A DNA stretch of 63,810 bases, the filler included, from Octopus bimaculoides (Eukaryota): assembly GCF_001194135.2 (NCBI RefSeq). It is 11 parts of 10 records of this genome, joined end to end, with 100 filler letters (N's around TTAATTAATTAA, not from the genome) between each part and the next. Parts side by side here need not be neighbours in the genome. Positions count along the whole stretch, not along the records: positions 62,378 to 63,810 come from NC_068985.1; 10 more parts are not named here. The stretch is one strand, 5' to 3'. Of this stretch, positions 63,786 to 63,810 are shown in pieces. Each line of letters begins with the position of its first letter. Position 1 is the stretch's first letter. Made by a program: the position numbers and the translations under genes. A model generated the notes under the pieces. That model was not told the DNA's origin. It worked only from the letters and a program-made list of their open reading frames with translations, and ran no database searches.

Positions 63786-63810
63786 ATGGACATGAATTAA
63801 AATAATAAAA

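Larger units (their letters stand above)
63606..63810. repeat. Inverted repeat: arms 63606-63702 and 63716-63810, 13-nt spacer, running off the window edge
   Basis: Base-by-base reverse complementarity with six substitutions and two 1-nt indels. Each arm carries a hammerhead core. Confidence 0.95.

Overview
This is AT-rich, microsatellite-saturated animal genomic DNA with about 10 kb of N gaps. The SINE families, mariner relics and (CA)n/(TA)n/(ATAG)n load look like an octopus/cephalopod draft scaffold; that assignment is recognition from memory, not a database result. The only host coding sequence I can support is one 115-nt internal exon (41752-41866, +) encoding the helix1-loop-helix2 of a Mad/Mxi1 (MXD) bHLH-ZIP repressor, with clean splice sites, so much of the window is probably intron of that gene. 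The rest is transposable-element debris: a near full-length CR1/L2-group LINE with a CCCH-finger ORF1 plus two more CR1-group pieces, an RTE/BovB-type LINE, three R4/Dong-type endonuclease relics in (TAA)n tracts, two gag-like LINE ORF1 relics, a Penelope-like RT relic, a Helitron helicase relic, an internally deleted Ty3/gypsy element (LTR, tRNA-Trp PBS), three mariner relics, a pogo-like MITE, a long-TIR foldback element and many tRNA-derived SINEs. The most striking structure that the ORF track does not explain is a set of five minimal hammerhead-ribozyme-like motifs (36-70, 58185-58222, 62413-62455, 63632-63676, 63741-63785). Two of them sit in the arms of a roughly 200-nt inverted repeat at the right edge of the window. 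No prokaryotic features, CRISPR arrays, rRNA or intact tRNA genes were found.
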